64,000 nucleotides of DNA, taken from assembly GCA_963734635.1 (NCBI GenBank), contig CAVTIA010000013.1, positions 14,649-78,648 of the forward strand, written 5' to 3'. Below the pieces are notes generated by a model. It worked only from the letters and a program-made list of their open reading frames with translations, was not told the origin of the DNA and ran no database searches. Shown here in pieces: positions 25,833 through 35,265 of the stretch. This DNA comes from an uncultured Acidobacteriota bacterium (GTDB lineage: Bacteria > Acidobacteriota > Vicinamibacteria > Vicinamibacterales > UBA2999). The position numbers were made by a program, and so were the translations under genes. How positions within the stretch are numbered: the first letter of the stretch is position 1; every line of letters starts with the position of its first letter.

Positions 25833-25906
25833 TCGCACCATCGCACCATCGCACCCTCGCACCGTCGGACGCACCCTCGCCCCCTCGCACCTCGCACCAT
25901 CGCACC
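25833..25906 (-). repeat. about 9-unit tandem array of TCGCACC(N) (GGTGCGA on the minus strand)
   Basis: Units at 25833, 25841, 25849, 25857, (degenerate 25865-25876), 25877, 25885, 25892 and 25900. Ends 1 nt before the aguA stop codon (25908-25910). Confidence 0.9.
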
Positions 25907-25907
25907 G

Positions 25908-26972
25908 TTAGACCGTCTGTACTCGTTGTCGTGCCGGTTCCTGCTGCGTCAGACAATGAATCGTGCCGAGCCCCCACGCGAGATCCACCGCATGGATTCC
26001 GACCACTTTGTGCGACGGCATGAGATCGGCGAGCGTGTTGAGCGCAACACGGTCGTGGGGATCGTTGAAAGTGGGCACCAGGACGACACCGTTCGCGATG
26101 TAGAAGTTGGCGTAGCTCGCTGGCAGACGCATCCCTTCCATGACGACGGGACGCGGAAATGGCAGTTTCACAATTTTCAGAGGGGCGGTTTCGGTGTTTG
26201 CCGATGCAGCGTCGAGTCGCCGCAGGTTGTCCATGGATCGGGCGTGGTTCTCGTCCGAAGGATCCTCTTCGACTGCCAGCACCACAGTGTCTCCACGCAC
26301 GAACCGCGCGACGTCGTCAACGTGCCCGTGCGTGTCGTCACCGACACAGCCTTCGCCGAGCCAGATCGTGCGCCGAATCCCGAGCCATTCCGCGAAGATG
26401 CGTTCGTAATCCTGCCGTCCAAGGCCGGGATTGCGAATTTGCACATCGCTCAGCAGCCATTCCTCAGTAACAAGGAGCAGTCCCTGGCCGTTGACCTCGA
26501 TACCGCCGCCTTCGAGGACGATGCGCTCTCCAGTGTCGGGGCGGACAGGCTCGTGGCGTCCGAGGCCGGTGAGGCGCGCCACGAAGCCGCCCACTTCGAC
26601 GTCGTGCCGCCAGTTCGAATACTTCGCCCAGCCGTTGAACGCCCAGTTCAGGAGGACGACGTCGCCCGCGGCGTCGATCACACCTGTGGGGGCGGAGTCA
26701 CGCAGCCACACGCGGTCCGTGGGCACCAGGTGAAGCGTGACCCTGTCATGCCGCACGTTGTGAGCGTCGAGCGCCACACGCACGCTTTCCATGACCTCGC
26801 GGCTGTGACAGAGAATCTCGAGCGGTTCATGCTCGGCCAGCACGCGGGCGATTTCCGCATACACCCAGGGAATCACGGGCAGCTTGCCGGGCCAATCGGG
26901 TTCGTGATGCGGCCAGGCAATCCACGTCGCACGATGTGGTTCCCACTCGGCAGGCATCCTGAGACGACGCAC
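25908..26972 (-). CDS. aguA: agmatine deiminase
   Basis: MPAEWEPHRATWIAWPH...; C-terminal GTIHCLTQQEP (catalytic Cys). Confidence 0.9.
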   Translation of the reverse strand: MRRLRMPAEWEPHRATWIAWPHHEPDWPGKLPVIPWVYAEIARVLAEHEPLEILCHSREVMESVRVALDAHNVRHDRVTLHLVPTDRVWLRDSAPTGVIDAAGDVVLLNWAFNGWAKYSNWRHDVEVGGFVARLTGLGRHEPVRPDTGERIVLEGGGIEVNGQGLLLVTEEWLLSDVQIRNPGLGRQDYERIFAEWLGIRRTIWLGEGCVGDDTHGHVDDVARFVRGDTVVLAVEEDPSDENHARSMDNLRRLDAASANTETAPLKIVKLPFPRPVVMEGMRLPASYANFYIANGVVLVPTFNDPHDRVALNTLADLMPSHKVVGIHAVDLAWGLGTIHCLTQQEPARQRVQTV

Positions 26973-26973
26973 G

Positions 26974-27891
26974 TTACCGCTCTGTCCCGATGTATCTCTT
27001 CAGGATCGGACCGTACGCATCGACACGCCGGTCGCGCAGGAACGGCCAGTTGCGGCGTGCGTTTTCGATGAGGGCAGGATCGCACCGGGCGATCAGGATT
27101 TCCTCGCCTTCGCCCGCTTCGGTGATATCGCGTCCGAACGGATCGGTGACGAACGAGTGGCCGAAAAAGGTGATGCCGTTCGTGCCGGGCTCATCCTCAT
27201 GGCCGACGCGGTTAGGCGCCGCCACGTATACGCCGTTCGCAATCGCGTGACTACGCTGGATCGTACGCCATGCGTTTACCTGAGCATGCCCCCATTCGTC
27301 CTTTTCCGCCGGATGCCAGCCGATGGCCGTGGGATAGAAGAGTACCTGCGCCCCCATCAACGCTGTAATGCGTGCGGCTTCGGGGAACCACTGGTCCCAG
27401 CAGATCAAGACGCCGATGGTCGCATACCGCGTTTGCCAGACTTTGAATCCACGGGCGTCGCCTGGCTGTTCGCCGTGATAGTCGAAGTGCCCGTCACCAG
27501 GAGTGAAGTAGTACTTCTCGTAATACAGCGGGTCGTCTGGTATGTGCATCTTGCGGTACACGCCGAGCAGGCTTCCGTCGGCGTCGATGATCGCGGCGGA
27601 ATTGCGATAAATACCGGCAGCTTCACGCTCGAAGATCGGGGCGATGACGACGACCCCCAGCTTTTGCGCGGTGGCCTGGATAAGGTCGGTCGTCGGTCCT
27701 GGAATGGTCTCGGCAAGCTCGAAGCGGTCGCACTGCTGTGACTTGCAGAAGTAAAGCGAGTTGAACAGCTCCTTCAGACAGACGATCTGAGCGCCGCGGT
27801 CCGCGGCTTCGCCTATGAGTCGCTGCGCGCGCTTGACGTTGCTCTGCACGTCGCCGTCCGCGTGGTCCTGGACGATTCCAATTGTGAACAT
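26974..27891 (-). CDS. aguB: N-carbamoylputrescine amidase (carbon-nitrogen hydrolase)
   Basis: Nitrilase-superfamily pattern (CLKELF, YRKMHIPDDP, VLICWDQWFPE). Lies directly downstream of aguA with a 1-nt gap. Confidence 0.9.
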   Translation of the reverse strand: MFTIGIVQDHADGDVQSNVKRAQRLIGEAADRGAQIVCLKELFNSLYFCKSQQCDRFELAETIPGPTTDLIQATAQKLGVVVIAPIFEREAAGIYRNSAAIIDADGSLLGVYRKMHIPDDPLYYEKYYFTPGDGHFDYHGEQPGDARGFKVWQTRYATIGVLICWDQWFPEAARITALMGAQVLFYPTAIGWHPAEKDEWGHAQVNAWRTIQRSHAIANGVYVAAPNRVGHEDEPGTNGITFFGHSFVTDPFGRDITEAGEGEEILIARCDPALIENARRNWPFLRDRRVDAYGPILKRYIGTER

Positions 27892-27922
27892 CTGACCCTA
27901 TGCTAGCCTTGCTCACACACGG

Positions 27923-29191
27923 ATGAAAACAAAACCACTGCGCGTTGCGCTCCTCGGTTTCGGTACGGTCGGCGGATCGGTAGCAAGAATTCTGATGGAG
28001 AGACCCGAGCTGGCCGATCGGATTCAGCTCACGCATATTTTCAACCGAGGTGTTGAGAGGAAGCGCGCCGATTGGATCCCGGCGAATGTCGCATGGACCG
28101 AGAACATCGACGAGCTGCTTGCGGCCAAACCGGACGCGGTGGTCGAAGTGGTAGGTGGCGTCGAGCCGGCCGGCACCTGGGTGCGCCGTGCATTGGAGCA
28201 GAGCAGCGCCGTCGTGACCGCAAACAAGATGCTGCTCGCCGCACACGCGCCTGAGCTGCTGCACCTGGCCGCCACGCGCGGCACGCAGCTTCGGTTCGAG
28301 GCAGCTGTTGCCGGCGGCGTGCCGCTGATTCACGGCGTTCGCGAAGGGCTCGCAGGTGATCGTCTCACGCGTGTCGCCGGCATTCTCAACGGCACCTCGA
28401 ATTACGTGTTGAGCAAGATGGCGGAGGAGCACCAGCCGATGAGCGCGGTGCTCGACGATGCGCGCCGGCTTGGCTATGCGGAGGCAGACCCGAGCGCCGA
28501 CATCGACGGCGACGATGCGGCTGCGAAGCTCGTCGTACTGGCGGGAATCGCATTCAGGCGTCACCTTCGCCTCGCGGACATTCCGCGTCAGTCGATCCGT
28601 CCCATTTCGGCTGCCGATTTCCATTACGCGAGGAGCCTCGGGTGCACCATCCGTCAGGTCGCAATGGTGGAGACGAAGGGCGACCGTTTTCACGCCTTCG
28701 TCGGCCCGGCACTCGTGCTGCGCGGTTCGAACTTCGGGCTGAACATGGGTGCGAACAACGTAGTGACTATCTCTGGTCATTACGGGGGCGAGAACAGCTT
28801 CAGCGGTCCCGGTGCCGGTGGTCGCGCCACGGCCGTCGCTGTGGTGTCGGACCTGCTTTCGCTCACGCAACGTACCCAGGACCGAAGCGAGGAGTGGCCG
28901 GCTGGTCAGGTGGCGGCCGCGGCGCCTCGTCCCTACTATCTGCGCTTTGTGGTGTACGACCGACCGGGCATCCTGGCGTCGATCGCCGCGGCGCTCGCCG
29001 GGCAGGGCATCAACCTCGATGCTGTGCTGCAGCAGCCCGGATATCCGAAAGATGCTCTTCCTTTCGTGATCACCGTCGAAGCGTGCGACGAGGCGTCCCT
29101 GACTGCCGCCCTCGATGAGATAGCCCGTTTTGAATTCCACGCCGAGCCTCCGTTGTCACTGCCGATGCTGTTGGGCGACGAGCGGCCGTGA
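27923..29191 (+). CDS. hom: homoserine dehydrogenase
   Basis: LRVALLGFGTVGGSV, NGTSNYVLSKM and a C-terminal ACT domain. Confidence 0.9.
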   Translation: MKTKPLRVALLGFGTVGGSVARILMERPELADRIQLTHIFNRGVERKRADWIPANVAWTENIDELLAAKPDAVVEVVGGVEPAGTWVRRALEQSSAVVTANKMLLAAHAPELLHLAATRGTQLRFEAAVAGGVPLIHGVREGLAGDRLTRVAGILNGTSNYVLSKMAEEHQPMSAVLDDARRLGYAEADPSADIDGDDAAAKLVVLAGIAFRRHLRLADIPRQSIRPISAADFHYARSLGCTIRQVAMVETKGDRFHAFVGPALVLRGSNFGLNMGANNVVTISGHYGGENSFSGPGAGGRATAVAVVSDLLSLTQRTQDRSEEWPAGQVAAAAPRPYYLRFVVYDRPGILASIAAALAGQGINLDAVLQQPGYPKDALPFVITVEACDEASLTAALDEIARFEFHAEPPLSLPMLLGDERP

Positions 29192-29248
29192 TATCTTTTT
29201 TGATTCGTGTCACTTAACAGGGCCAACCGTCCTTCGGGCGACGACCTT

Positions 29249-30157
29249 ATGGTGCCGGCGTCCGTGGGAAACCTCGGCAGCGGCTTCGACACCCTTGCCG
29301 TCGCCCTCCGCCTGTACCTTCGCCTGCGCGTCGTCGACATACGCGACGACGGGGCGGCGACGCTCAACGTTGTGAAGAGTACGCCGCCGGTGGCTGGCAA
29401 AAACGCAGTGGAGCGCGCGTACCAGGCCATTGCGCGCTGGACCGGCCTCAAGGCACCTTCGGTCTTCGTCGAGGCCGAGAGCGACATACCGATGACGGCC
29501 GGCCTTGGGAGCAGTGCGGCTGCCGCGGTTGCAGGATTGCGAATGTTCGAGCGCGTCACCCAGCCGCTGCCGGAGGGCGTCCTTCTTGCGGTCGCGACTT
29601 CCCTTGAAGGTCATGCCGACAATGCGGCTGCGGCACTGCACGGCGGGCTCACGTCGGTCATCGAGCGCGAGAGTGACGAGCCCGTTGCGTTGCGATGGCA
29701 GTGGCCGGAGGACCTTCGCTTCGTTGTCGCCACTCCGTCGGTTGGTCTTTCGACGTCGAAAGCTCGGGCGGCGCTACCGGATTCGCTGTCGCGAAGAGAT
29801 GCCGTGTTCAACTTGCAGCGGGTGCTGTCGCTGGTGCATGCGCTGCAGAGCGGCGAGTACGACCTGCTCCGCGAATCGGTGCGTGACAGATGGCATCAGC
29901 GGGCACGCGCGGCGCTGGTCCCTCAGCTTGGCGAGGTGCTTGCGCTCGAGGATCCCGCGATTCTCGCGTCGTTCCTTTCGGGCGCGGGGCCGTCGGTTGC
30001 CCTCGTTGCGCGCGGCGATTTCGAGCGCCTCGAGCAACTGCTGGCGTCGACGTACGAACGCGCGGCGTGTCCAGTCAGGATCCGAACGCTTGCGGTTCAT
30101 CAATCGTCCGACGTCGCGCGCGAAACGGTCGCTTCGGCACAGGGGAGAAATCGATGA
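29249..30157 (+). CDS. thrB: homoserine kinase
   Basis: MVPASVGNLGSGFDTLAVAL and GLGSSAAAAVAG. The ORF-track start at 29207 is probably upstream of the true ATG 29249. Confidence 0.9.
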   Translation: MVPASVGNLGSGFDTLAVALRLYLRLRVVDIRDDGAATLNVVKSTPPVAGKNAVERAYQAIARWTGLKAPSVFVEAESDIPMTAGLGSSAAAAVAGLRMFERVTQPLPEGVLLAVATSLEGHADNAAAALHGGLTSVIERESDEPVALRWQWPEDLRFVVATPSVGLSTSKARAALPDSLSRRDAVFNLQRVLSLVHALQSGEYDLLRESVRDRWHQRARAALVPQLGEVLALEDPAILASFLSGAGPSVALVARGDFERLEQLLASTYERAACPVRIRTLAVHQSSDVARETVASAQGRNR

Positions 30158-31404
30158 AATTCGTTGCCGGATTGACTTGCCACCTCTGCGGCGCGACGTA
30201 TCCGGCCGAGGCGTTCTGGGTTTGCTCCGGATGCCTCGGGCCGTTGGAAGTGTCGTACGACTACGCCGCAATCCGGAAGACGATCAGCCGGAGCGCGATT
30301 GAATCACGACCTCGTTCGCTCTGGCGCTACCTGGAACTGCTACCCGCCCGCGAGCCGCTCACAGGTTTCAATTCGGGATATACACCTCTCGTTCGTGCGA
30401 CGCGGCTGGCCCGGGAGTTGGGAGTCGCCGATCTGTATCTCAAGGACGACTCGGTAAACCACCCCACGTTTTCCTACAAGGACCGGGTCGTATCGATTGC
30501 GGCGACGCGCGCCGTGGAGCTCGGGTTTCAGGTATTCGGGTGCGCTTCCACCGGCAACCTCGCGGGAAGCGTGGCGGCCCACGCCGCTCGACTTGGCCTG
30601 CCGTGCTACGTCTTCATTCCTTACGATCTCGAGCCCGGCAAGATTCTGGGTGCAGCAATCTACGGACCGCACGTCATTGCGATCGAAGGCAACTATGACG
30701 ACGTGAACCGGCTGTGCACACAGATTGCGGATAGGTACGGGTGGGGCTTCGCCAACATCAACCTTCGCGCGTACTACGCGGAAGGCGCGAAGACGATGGG
30801 CTTTGAAATCGCGGAGCAGCTTGGATGGCGTTTCCCGGATCATGTGGTGTCGCCAGTGGCGGGCGGCACACTCCTGCCGCGCATCTTCAAGGGATTTCGG
30901 GAGCTGCGGGAAGTAGGGCTCGTCGAAGGTGATTTGCCGAAGATTCATGCTGCGCAGCCTGCCGGTTCGGCGCCGGTCATCAATGCACTGAAGGCGGGGC
31001 TCGAGTTTCCGGAGCCGGTGAAACCGAACACGGTTGCAAAGTCGCTGGCCATCGGCAATCCGGCAGACGGATTCCAGGTGGTTCGCGTCGTCAAGGAGAC
31101 CGGAGGCCACGGCGCGGCTGCCAGCGATGCGGAGATTCTCGACGCCGTCCAGCTCCTCGCCAGGACCGAGGGGATCTTCACCGAGCCCGCCGGCGGCACG
31201 ACACTCGCGGTGACGAGAACGTTGATAAACAGCGGGGTGATCAAGCCGAACGAGTCGGTGGTCGTTTGCATTACCGGCAACGGATACAAGACCGTTGAAG
31301 TGATGTCCGATCGTGTAGCCGCGCCTATCCGAATCGGCCGCAGCCTGGCCGAATTCGAGCGTGTTGTGGGGGGTCGGCTGGGGCTTCAGGCCGCCGCCGG
31401 CTGA
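30154..31404 (+). CDS. thrC: threonine synthase
   Basis: ATG 30154 overlaps the thrB stop (ATGA). N-terminal zinc ribbon CHLCG...CSGC. PLP-lysine block HPTFSYKDR. Confidence 0.9.
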   Translation: MKFVAGLTCHLCGATYPAEAFWVCSGCLGPLEVSYDYAAIRKTISRSAIESRPRSLWRYLELLPAREPLTGFNSGYTPLVRATRLARELGVADLYLKDDSVNHPTFSYKDRVVSIAATRAVELGFQVFGCASTGNLAGSVAAHAARLGLPCYVFIPYDLEPGKILGAAIYGPHVIAIEGNYDDVNRLCTQIADRYGWGFANINLRAYYAEGAKTMGFEIAEQLGWRFPDHVVSPVAGGTLLPRIFKGFRELREVGLVEGDLPKIHAAQPAGSAPVINALKAGLEFPEPVKPNTVAKSLAIGNPADGFQVVRVVKETGGHGAAASDAEILDAVQLLARTEGIFTEPAGGTTLAVTRTLINSGVIKPNESVVVCITGNGYKTVEVMSDRVAAPIRIGRSLAEFERVVGGRLGLQAAAG

Positions 31405-31599
31405 CAGCCAGGACCTGGAACCAGGAATCCGGACACAGCACCTTGCCCGATTGGCCGTTTACCCGATACAATTCCCCCATCGTGCGGAAAACGTGTGGTT
31501 GTGAGTGCGCGTGTTGTTGTATGGGAACCAGGGTCCCTGCGCTCTCGGTCCACCGTGTCGGTCGTCTGTAAAACAACCGCAACACGAAAAAGATCGGCG

Positions 31600-31631
31600 G
31601 CCTGGGATGCAATCCCGGGCTTTTTGTTTTT
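31600..31631 (+). terminator. intrinsic terminator/attenuator hairpin plus T-tract, ending 8 nt before the cysG ATG
   Basis: GCCTGGGAT-gca-ATCCCGGGC (9 bp, one G-U pair) followed by TTTTTGTTTTT. Confidence 0.7.
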
Positions 31632-31638
31632 GGGGGGT

Positions 31639-32985
31639 ATGTTTCCAGCATTTCTGAACCTGCGGTCGCGACGCGCCGTTGTGGTCGGCGGTGGTCCCGT
31701 GGCGGCGGGCAAGCTCGAGGCGCTGCTGGCCGCGGGCGCTGCCGTCACCGTGGTGGCCCCGGACGTCCTTCCCGAGATCGATCGTCCGGGAGTGACGGTG
31801 GTCCGCCGACCATTTGAGGACGCGGATCTCGACGGCGCCTGGTGGGTTGTCGCGGCAGCACCCCCTCACGTCAACAGACGCGTGCGCGCCGCAGCTGACG
31901 CTCGGCGCATTTTCGTCAACGCCGTTGACGATCCACTGCACGCGACCGCGTATCTGGGCGGGGTAGTGAAACGGGACGGCGTCACGATCGCGATTTCCAC
32001 CGATGGCCGCGCGCCCGCGCTGTCCGGCCTGCTGCGCGAGGGTATCGACGCGGTGCTCCCTCGCGATCTCGGTACCTGGCTGTCGGCTGCTGACGCCATC
32101 CGGCGAGAGTGGAAAGAGCAGAACGTCCTGATGGAGCGCCGGCGTCCCCAACTGCTCGACGCTTTGAACAAGCTGTACGACGGAAGGGGGAAAGGGGAAG
32201 CCGGAATCCGTTCCCCGAAGCGCGGATTCGTGTCACTGGTTGGCGCGGGTCCCGGTGATCCGGGACTCTGGACTGTTCGCGCATTGCGACGACTCGAGGA
32301 GGCCGACCTGGTCTTGTACGACGCGCTCGTCGACGCAAACGCGCTTCGCCGCACGACCCGGGCCCAGTGCTTCTGTGTGGGTAAGCGCGCGCGCCGGGAC
32401 AGCGTGCCGCAGGAGACGATTCATCGGCTGATGATCCGCGCCGCGAGTCGGGGAAAACGAGTGGTACGGCTCAAAGGCGGCGACCCGTTTGTGTTTGGTC
32501 GTGGCGGTGAGGAAGCACTGGCTCTCGCCATGGCCGGTATTCCATTCGACGTGGTGCCGGGCGTTACTACGGCCGTAGCAGCCCCCGAGTTGGCGGGCAT
32601 CCCGGTGACGCACCGCGGATTGGCATCCGGGTTCCTGGTGATCGCTGGACACACCGCTGCCCAGGTTGATGCTGCCCTCGAAGCGATTCGACCAAATGGC
32701 GTGTCAGTGGTCATTCTCATGGGCGTGAGCATACGGGGGCAGCTTGCTTCGCAGCTGATCGCGCACGGATGGCCGGCCGCAACACCTGCCGCGATCGTCT
32801 GCGATGTCTCGACGCCGAATGAGTGGACATGGACCGGGCGCCTCGACCGAATGGGCGACGCCGAGGCTCCGGCGGGAGCGGCCGGCGTGCTCGTCGTTGG
32901 CGAGGTGGTAAGGATCCGCGAAGCACTGGCCGGCACCGCAGCGGTGAACGACGTCAAGACGGGGTCGGACCCCATTACGAGGTGA
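31639..32985 (+). CDS. cysG: siroheme synthase (precorrin-2 dehydrogenase/ferrochelatase plus uroporphyrinogen-III C-methyltransferase)
   Basis: N-terminus MFPAFLNLRSRRAVVVGGGPVAAGKLEALL. C-terminal SUMT block VSLVGAGPGDPGLWTVRA..ADLVLYDALV. Confidence 0.85.
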   Translation: MFPAFLNLRSRRAVVVGGGPVAAGKLEALLAAGAAVTVVAPDVLPEIDRPGVTVVRRPFEDADLDGAWWVVAAAPPHVNRRVRAAADARRIFVNAVDDPLHATAYLGGVVKRDGVTIAISTDGRAPALSGLLREGIDAVLPRDLGTWLSAADAIRREWKEQNVLMERRRPQLLDALNKLYDGRGKGEAGIRSPKRGFVSLVGAGPGDPGLWTVRALRRLEEADLVLYDALVDANALRRTTRAQCFCVGKRARRDSVPQETIHRLMIRAASRGKRVVRLKGGDPFVFGRGGEEALALAMAGIPFDVVPGVTTAVAAPELAGIPVTHRGLASGFLVIAGHTAAQVDAALEAIRPNGVSVVILMGVSIRGQLASQLIAHGWPAATPAAIVCDVSTPNEWTWTGRLDRMGDAEAPAGAAGVLVVGEVVRIREALAGTAAVNDVKTGSDPITR

Positions 32986-32988
32986 AAC

Positions 32989-34818
32989 ATGGGCGCCATT
33001 GATCATTCGACGGAGGTCGGCCGCGGTCGTCTCTCTTTTGCCGACGAACGGGACATCGACGAATTCGTCGACACCCTCGGCAAGTATGAGCGGGGCGAGA
33101 TTTCAGCCGAGGACTGGCGCAAGTTCCGTCTTCTGCGGGGCACCTACGGGCAGCGTCAGCCTGAAGCTGTCCACATGATGCGCGTGAAGATTCCACAGGG
33201 GGTCCTTACGTCAGCGCAGCTGCGTTCACTCGCGGGCGTCGCGACCAGCTACTCTCGCGGGTTCGCTCACATCACTACGCGGCAGAACGTGCAGCTGCAT
33301 TTCGTGCCGCTCGCGCAGGTCGAAGACGCGATGCGTGCTCTTGCCGACACGGGACTGACGACGCGCGAGGCCTGCGGCAACTCCGTTCGGAACATCACCG
33401 CCTGCCCGTACGCCGGCGTTGCCGAAGGCGAGATTTTCGACGTCACGCCATATGCCGAGGCGATGACCAGGTATTTCCTGCGCCATCCGCTCTCGTCGTC
33501 TCTGCCCCGAAAATTCAAGATCGCGTTCGAAGGCTGCCCTGAAGACCACGCGGTTGCCGCGATCCACGACATCGGGTGGCGCGCGCGAGTGGTGAACGGC
33601 CGTCGCGGTTTTCGCGTCACGGTCGGCGGAGGAACCGCGATTCTCGTGAACACGGGAACGCTTCTTTACGATTTCCTCCCGGTTGAGGAAATGCTCGACG
33701 TCGCCGAGGCGGTCATCCGCGTCTTCCATCGCTACGGCGACAGGAAGCACATGCAGCGGAATCGCATGAAATTCCTCATAAAGTCGCTGGGCTGGGACGA
33801 GTGGCGTGCGCGGTTCGACAAAGCGCTCGAGGAATTTCGCGCTGAAGGGGGAGCGTCGTTGCCGTTTTCGGCCGCCGCGGTGCCGGTGGAGGAGGCGCCC
33901 AGCTGGCCGAAGCCGATTCCGCCGACGCCCAAGATGGCCGCCGCTCTGGCCGAGACGAGCGTCAAGGGTCCGGGGATCGTGCCGGGCAGCGTACGGCTTC
34001 AGACGCTCCCTGATGCGTATGTCAGATGGACCAGGAGCAACGTACAACGTCAGAGGCAGGCGGGCTACGTCTGCGTCACGGCGCGTCTGCCGCTCGGCGA
34101 CTTCACAGCAGGGCAGGCGCAGGTGCTGGCCGATCTCGCCGAAGCCTACGGCGACGGCACCGTGCGATTGAGTATCGATCAGAACGTCATCTTCCGGTGG
34201 GTGCCCGCATCAGCCGTCCAGGGGTTCTACGACCGGCTCGATGCCGCAGGGCTCGCAACGCCGGATGCAGGCACGATTGCGGACGTTACGAGCTGTCCCG
34301 GCGCCGAGACCTGTCGCCTCGCCGTGACGCAGTCTCGAGGATTGGGCCGGTTGCTCATCGAGCACCTGAACGCACATCCCGAACTGGTTGATGCCGTTCC
34401 TTCGGGCGACATCAAGATCAGCGGCTGTCCGAACGGATGCGGCCAGCACCATATTTCCGGAATAGGTTTTCAGGGGAGTGTGCGCAAGCTTGGCGGCCGG
34501 GCAGTGCCGCAATACTTCGTGCTGGTAGGTGGAGGCGTCACAGATGACCGAGCGCATTTCGGCAAGGTCGTGTCAAAAGTGCCGGTGCAGCGGCTCACCG
34601 ACGCCCTCGATCGGCTCGTCAACTTGTATCGGGAACGTCGCGAAGATGGCGAATCGCTTGGAGCCTTCTTCCGGCGGTTGCCGCCAACCGTTGCGACCGA
34701 CGCGCTGAAGGATCTCGCAGAGCTGCGAGCGGAAGACACGGTTCCTGATGACTTCATCGACCTCGGGGAAAGCCAGGCTTTCACGCCCGAGGTAATGGAC
34801 GGAGAGTGCGCCTCGTAG
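32989..34818 (+). CDS. sir: ferredoxin-type sulfite (nitrite/sulfite) reductase hemoprotein
   Basis: 609 aa. Siroheme/4Fe-4S cysteine blocks TSCPGAETCRLA and KISGCPNGCGQH. Confidence 0.9.
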   Translation: MGAIDHSTEVGRGRLSFADERDIDEFVDTLGKYERGEISAEDWRKFRLLRGTYGQRQPEAVHMMRVKIPQGVLTSAQLRSLAGVATSYSRGFAHITTRQNVQLHFVPLAQVEDAMRALADTGLTTREACGNSVRNITACPYAGVAEGEIFDVTPYAEAMTRYFLRHPLSSSLPRKFKIAFEGCPEDHAVAAIHDIGWRARVVNGRRGFRVTVGGGTAILVNTGTLLYDFLPVEEMLDVAEAVIRVFHRYGDRKHMQRNRMKFLIKSLGWDEWRARFDKALEEFRAEGGASLPFSAAAVPVEEAPSWPKPIPPTPKMAAALAETSVKGPGIVPGSVRLQTLPDAYVRWTRSNVQRQRQAGYVCVTARLPLGDFTAGQAQVLADLAEAYGDGTVRLSIDQNVIFRWVPASAVQGFYDRLDAAGLATPDAGTIADVTSCPGAETCRLAVTQSRGLGRLLIEHLNAHPELVDAVPSGDIKISGCPNGCGQHHISGIGFQGSVRKLGGRAVPQYFVLVGGGVTDDRAHFGKVVSKVPVQRLTDALDRLVNLYRERREDGESLGAFFRRLPPTVATDALKDLAELRAEDTVPDDFIDLGESQAFTPEVMDGECAS

Positions 34819-34830
34819 CGGCCTCGTAAA

Positions 34831-34854
34831 CGTAGTGTCCGGCTTTAGCCGGAC
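34831..34854 (+). repeat. REP-like element (singleton) between convergent genes
   Basis: cgtagtgtccggctttagccggac lies 13 nt after the sir stop. Confidence 0.85.
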
Positions 34855-34863
34855 TGAGTCGCG

Positions 34864-35088
34864 CTAGCGCTCCCGGAACCGCTCGATACGCTTCTCTCGT
34901 TCCCGCTGCTGGGCTGCATCCGCGTCGGCGCCTTTGGACGGCGCAGGTCGCGGTTCTTCGGGTGCCGACCGTTTACCACGCGGTTCGCGTTCAACGGTTT
35001 TTCGATTCGGAGGTGTGTTCGTCGGCATGTTGCCCCCGGTGGCGACTGCAGTAACCGCGCCATCGATGACGCGTTGCGGCGTTTCCAT
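34864..35088 (-). CDS. small charged hypothetical protein (74 aa)
   Basis: ORF METPQRVIDGAV...REREKRIERFRER has moderately high GC3. A competing frame (34845..35135) also exists. Confidence 0.3.
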   Translation of the reverse strand: METPQRVIDGAVTAVATGGNMPTNTPPNRKTVEREPRGKRSAPEEPRPAPSKGADADAAQQREREKRIERFRER

Positions 35089-35265
35089 ATCCGTCGCGCG
35101 CTACGTCCCGTGGGGGGCTCGCGTCGCGACACCAACAGAATCAGGGTGCCGCGGCCGATATTGTGACTAGCACAAGTCGGGCTCAGACGCGCAGGCTCCG
35201 CTCGTCAACGATCGCATCGTATCGAGTATCGTAGAAATAGGAGCGCCAGATCCGACTGGCCACAC

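Noticed and set aside
25833-25906. Whether the short-unit arrays (25833, 42416, 46149, 48001) could be CRISPR arrays.
   Set aside because: Units are 6-8 nt and contiguous with no unique spacers. There are no cas genes. This is not CRISPR architecture.
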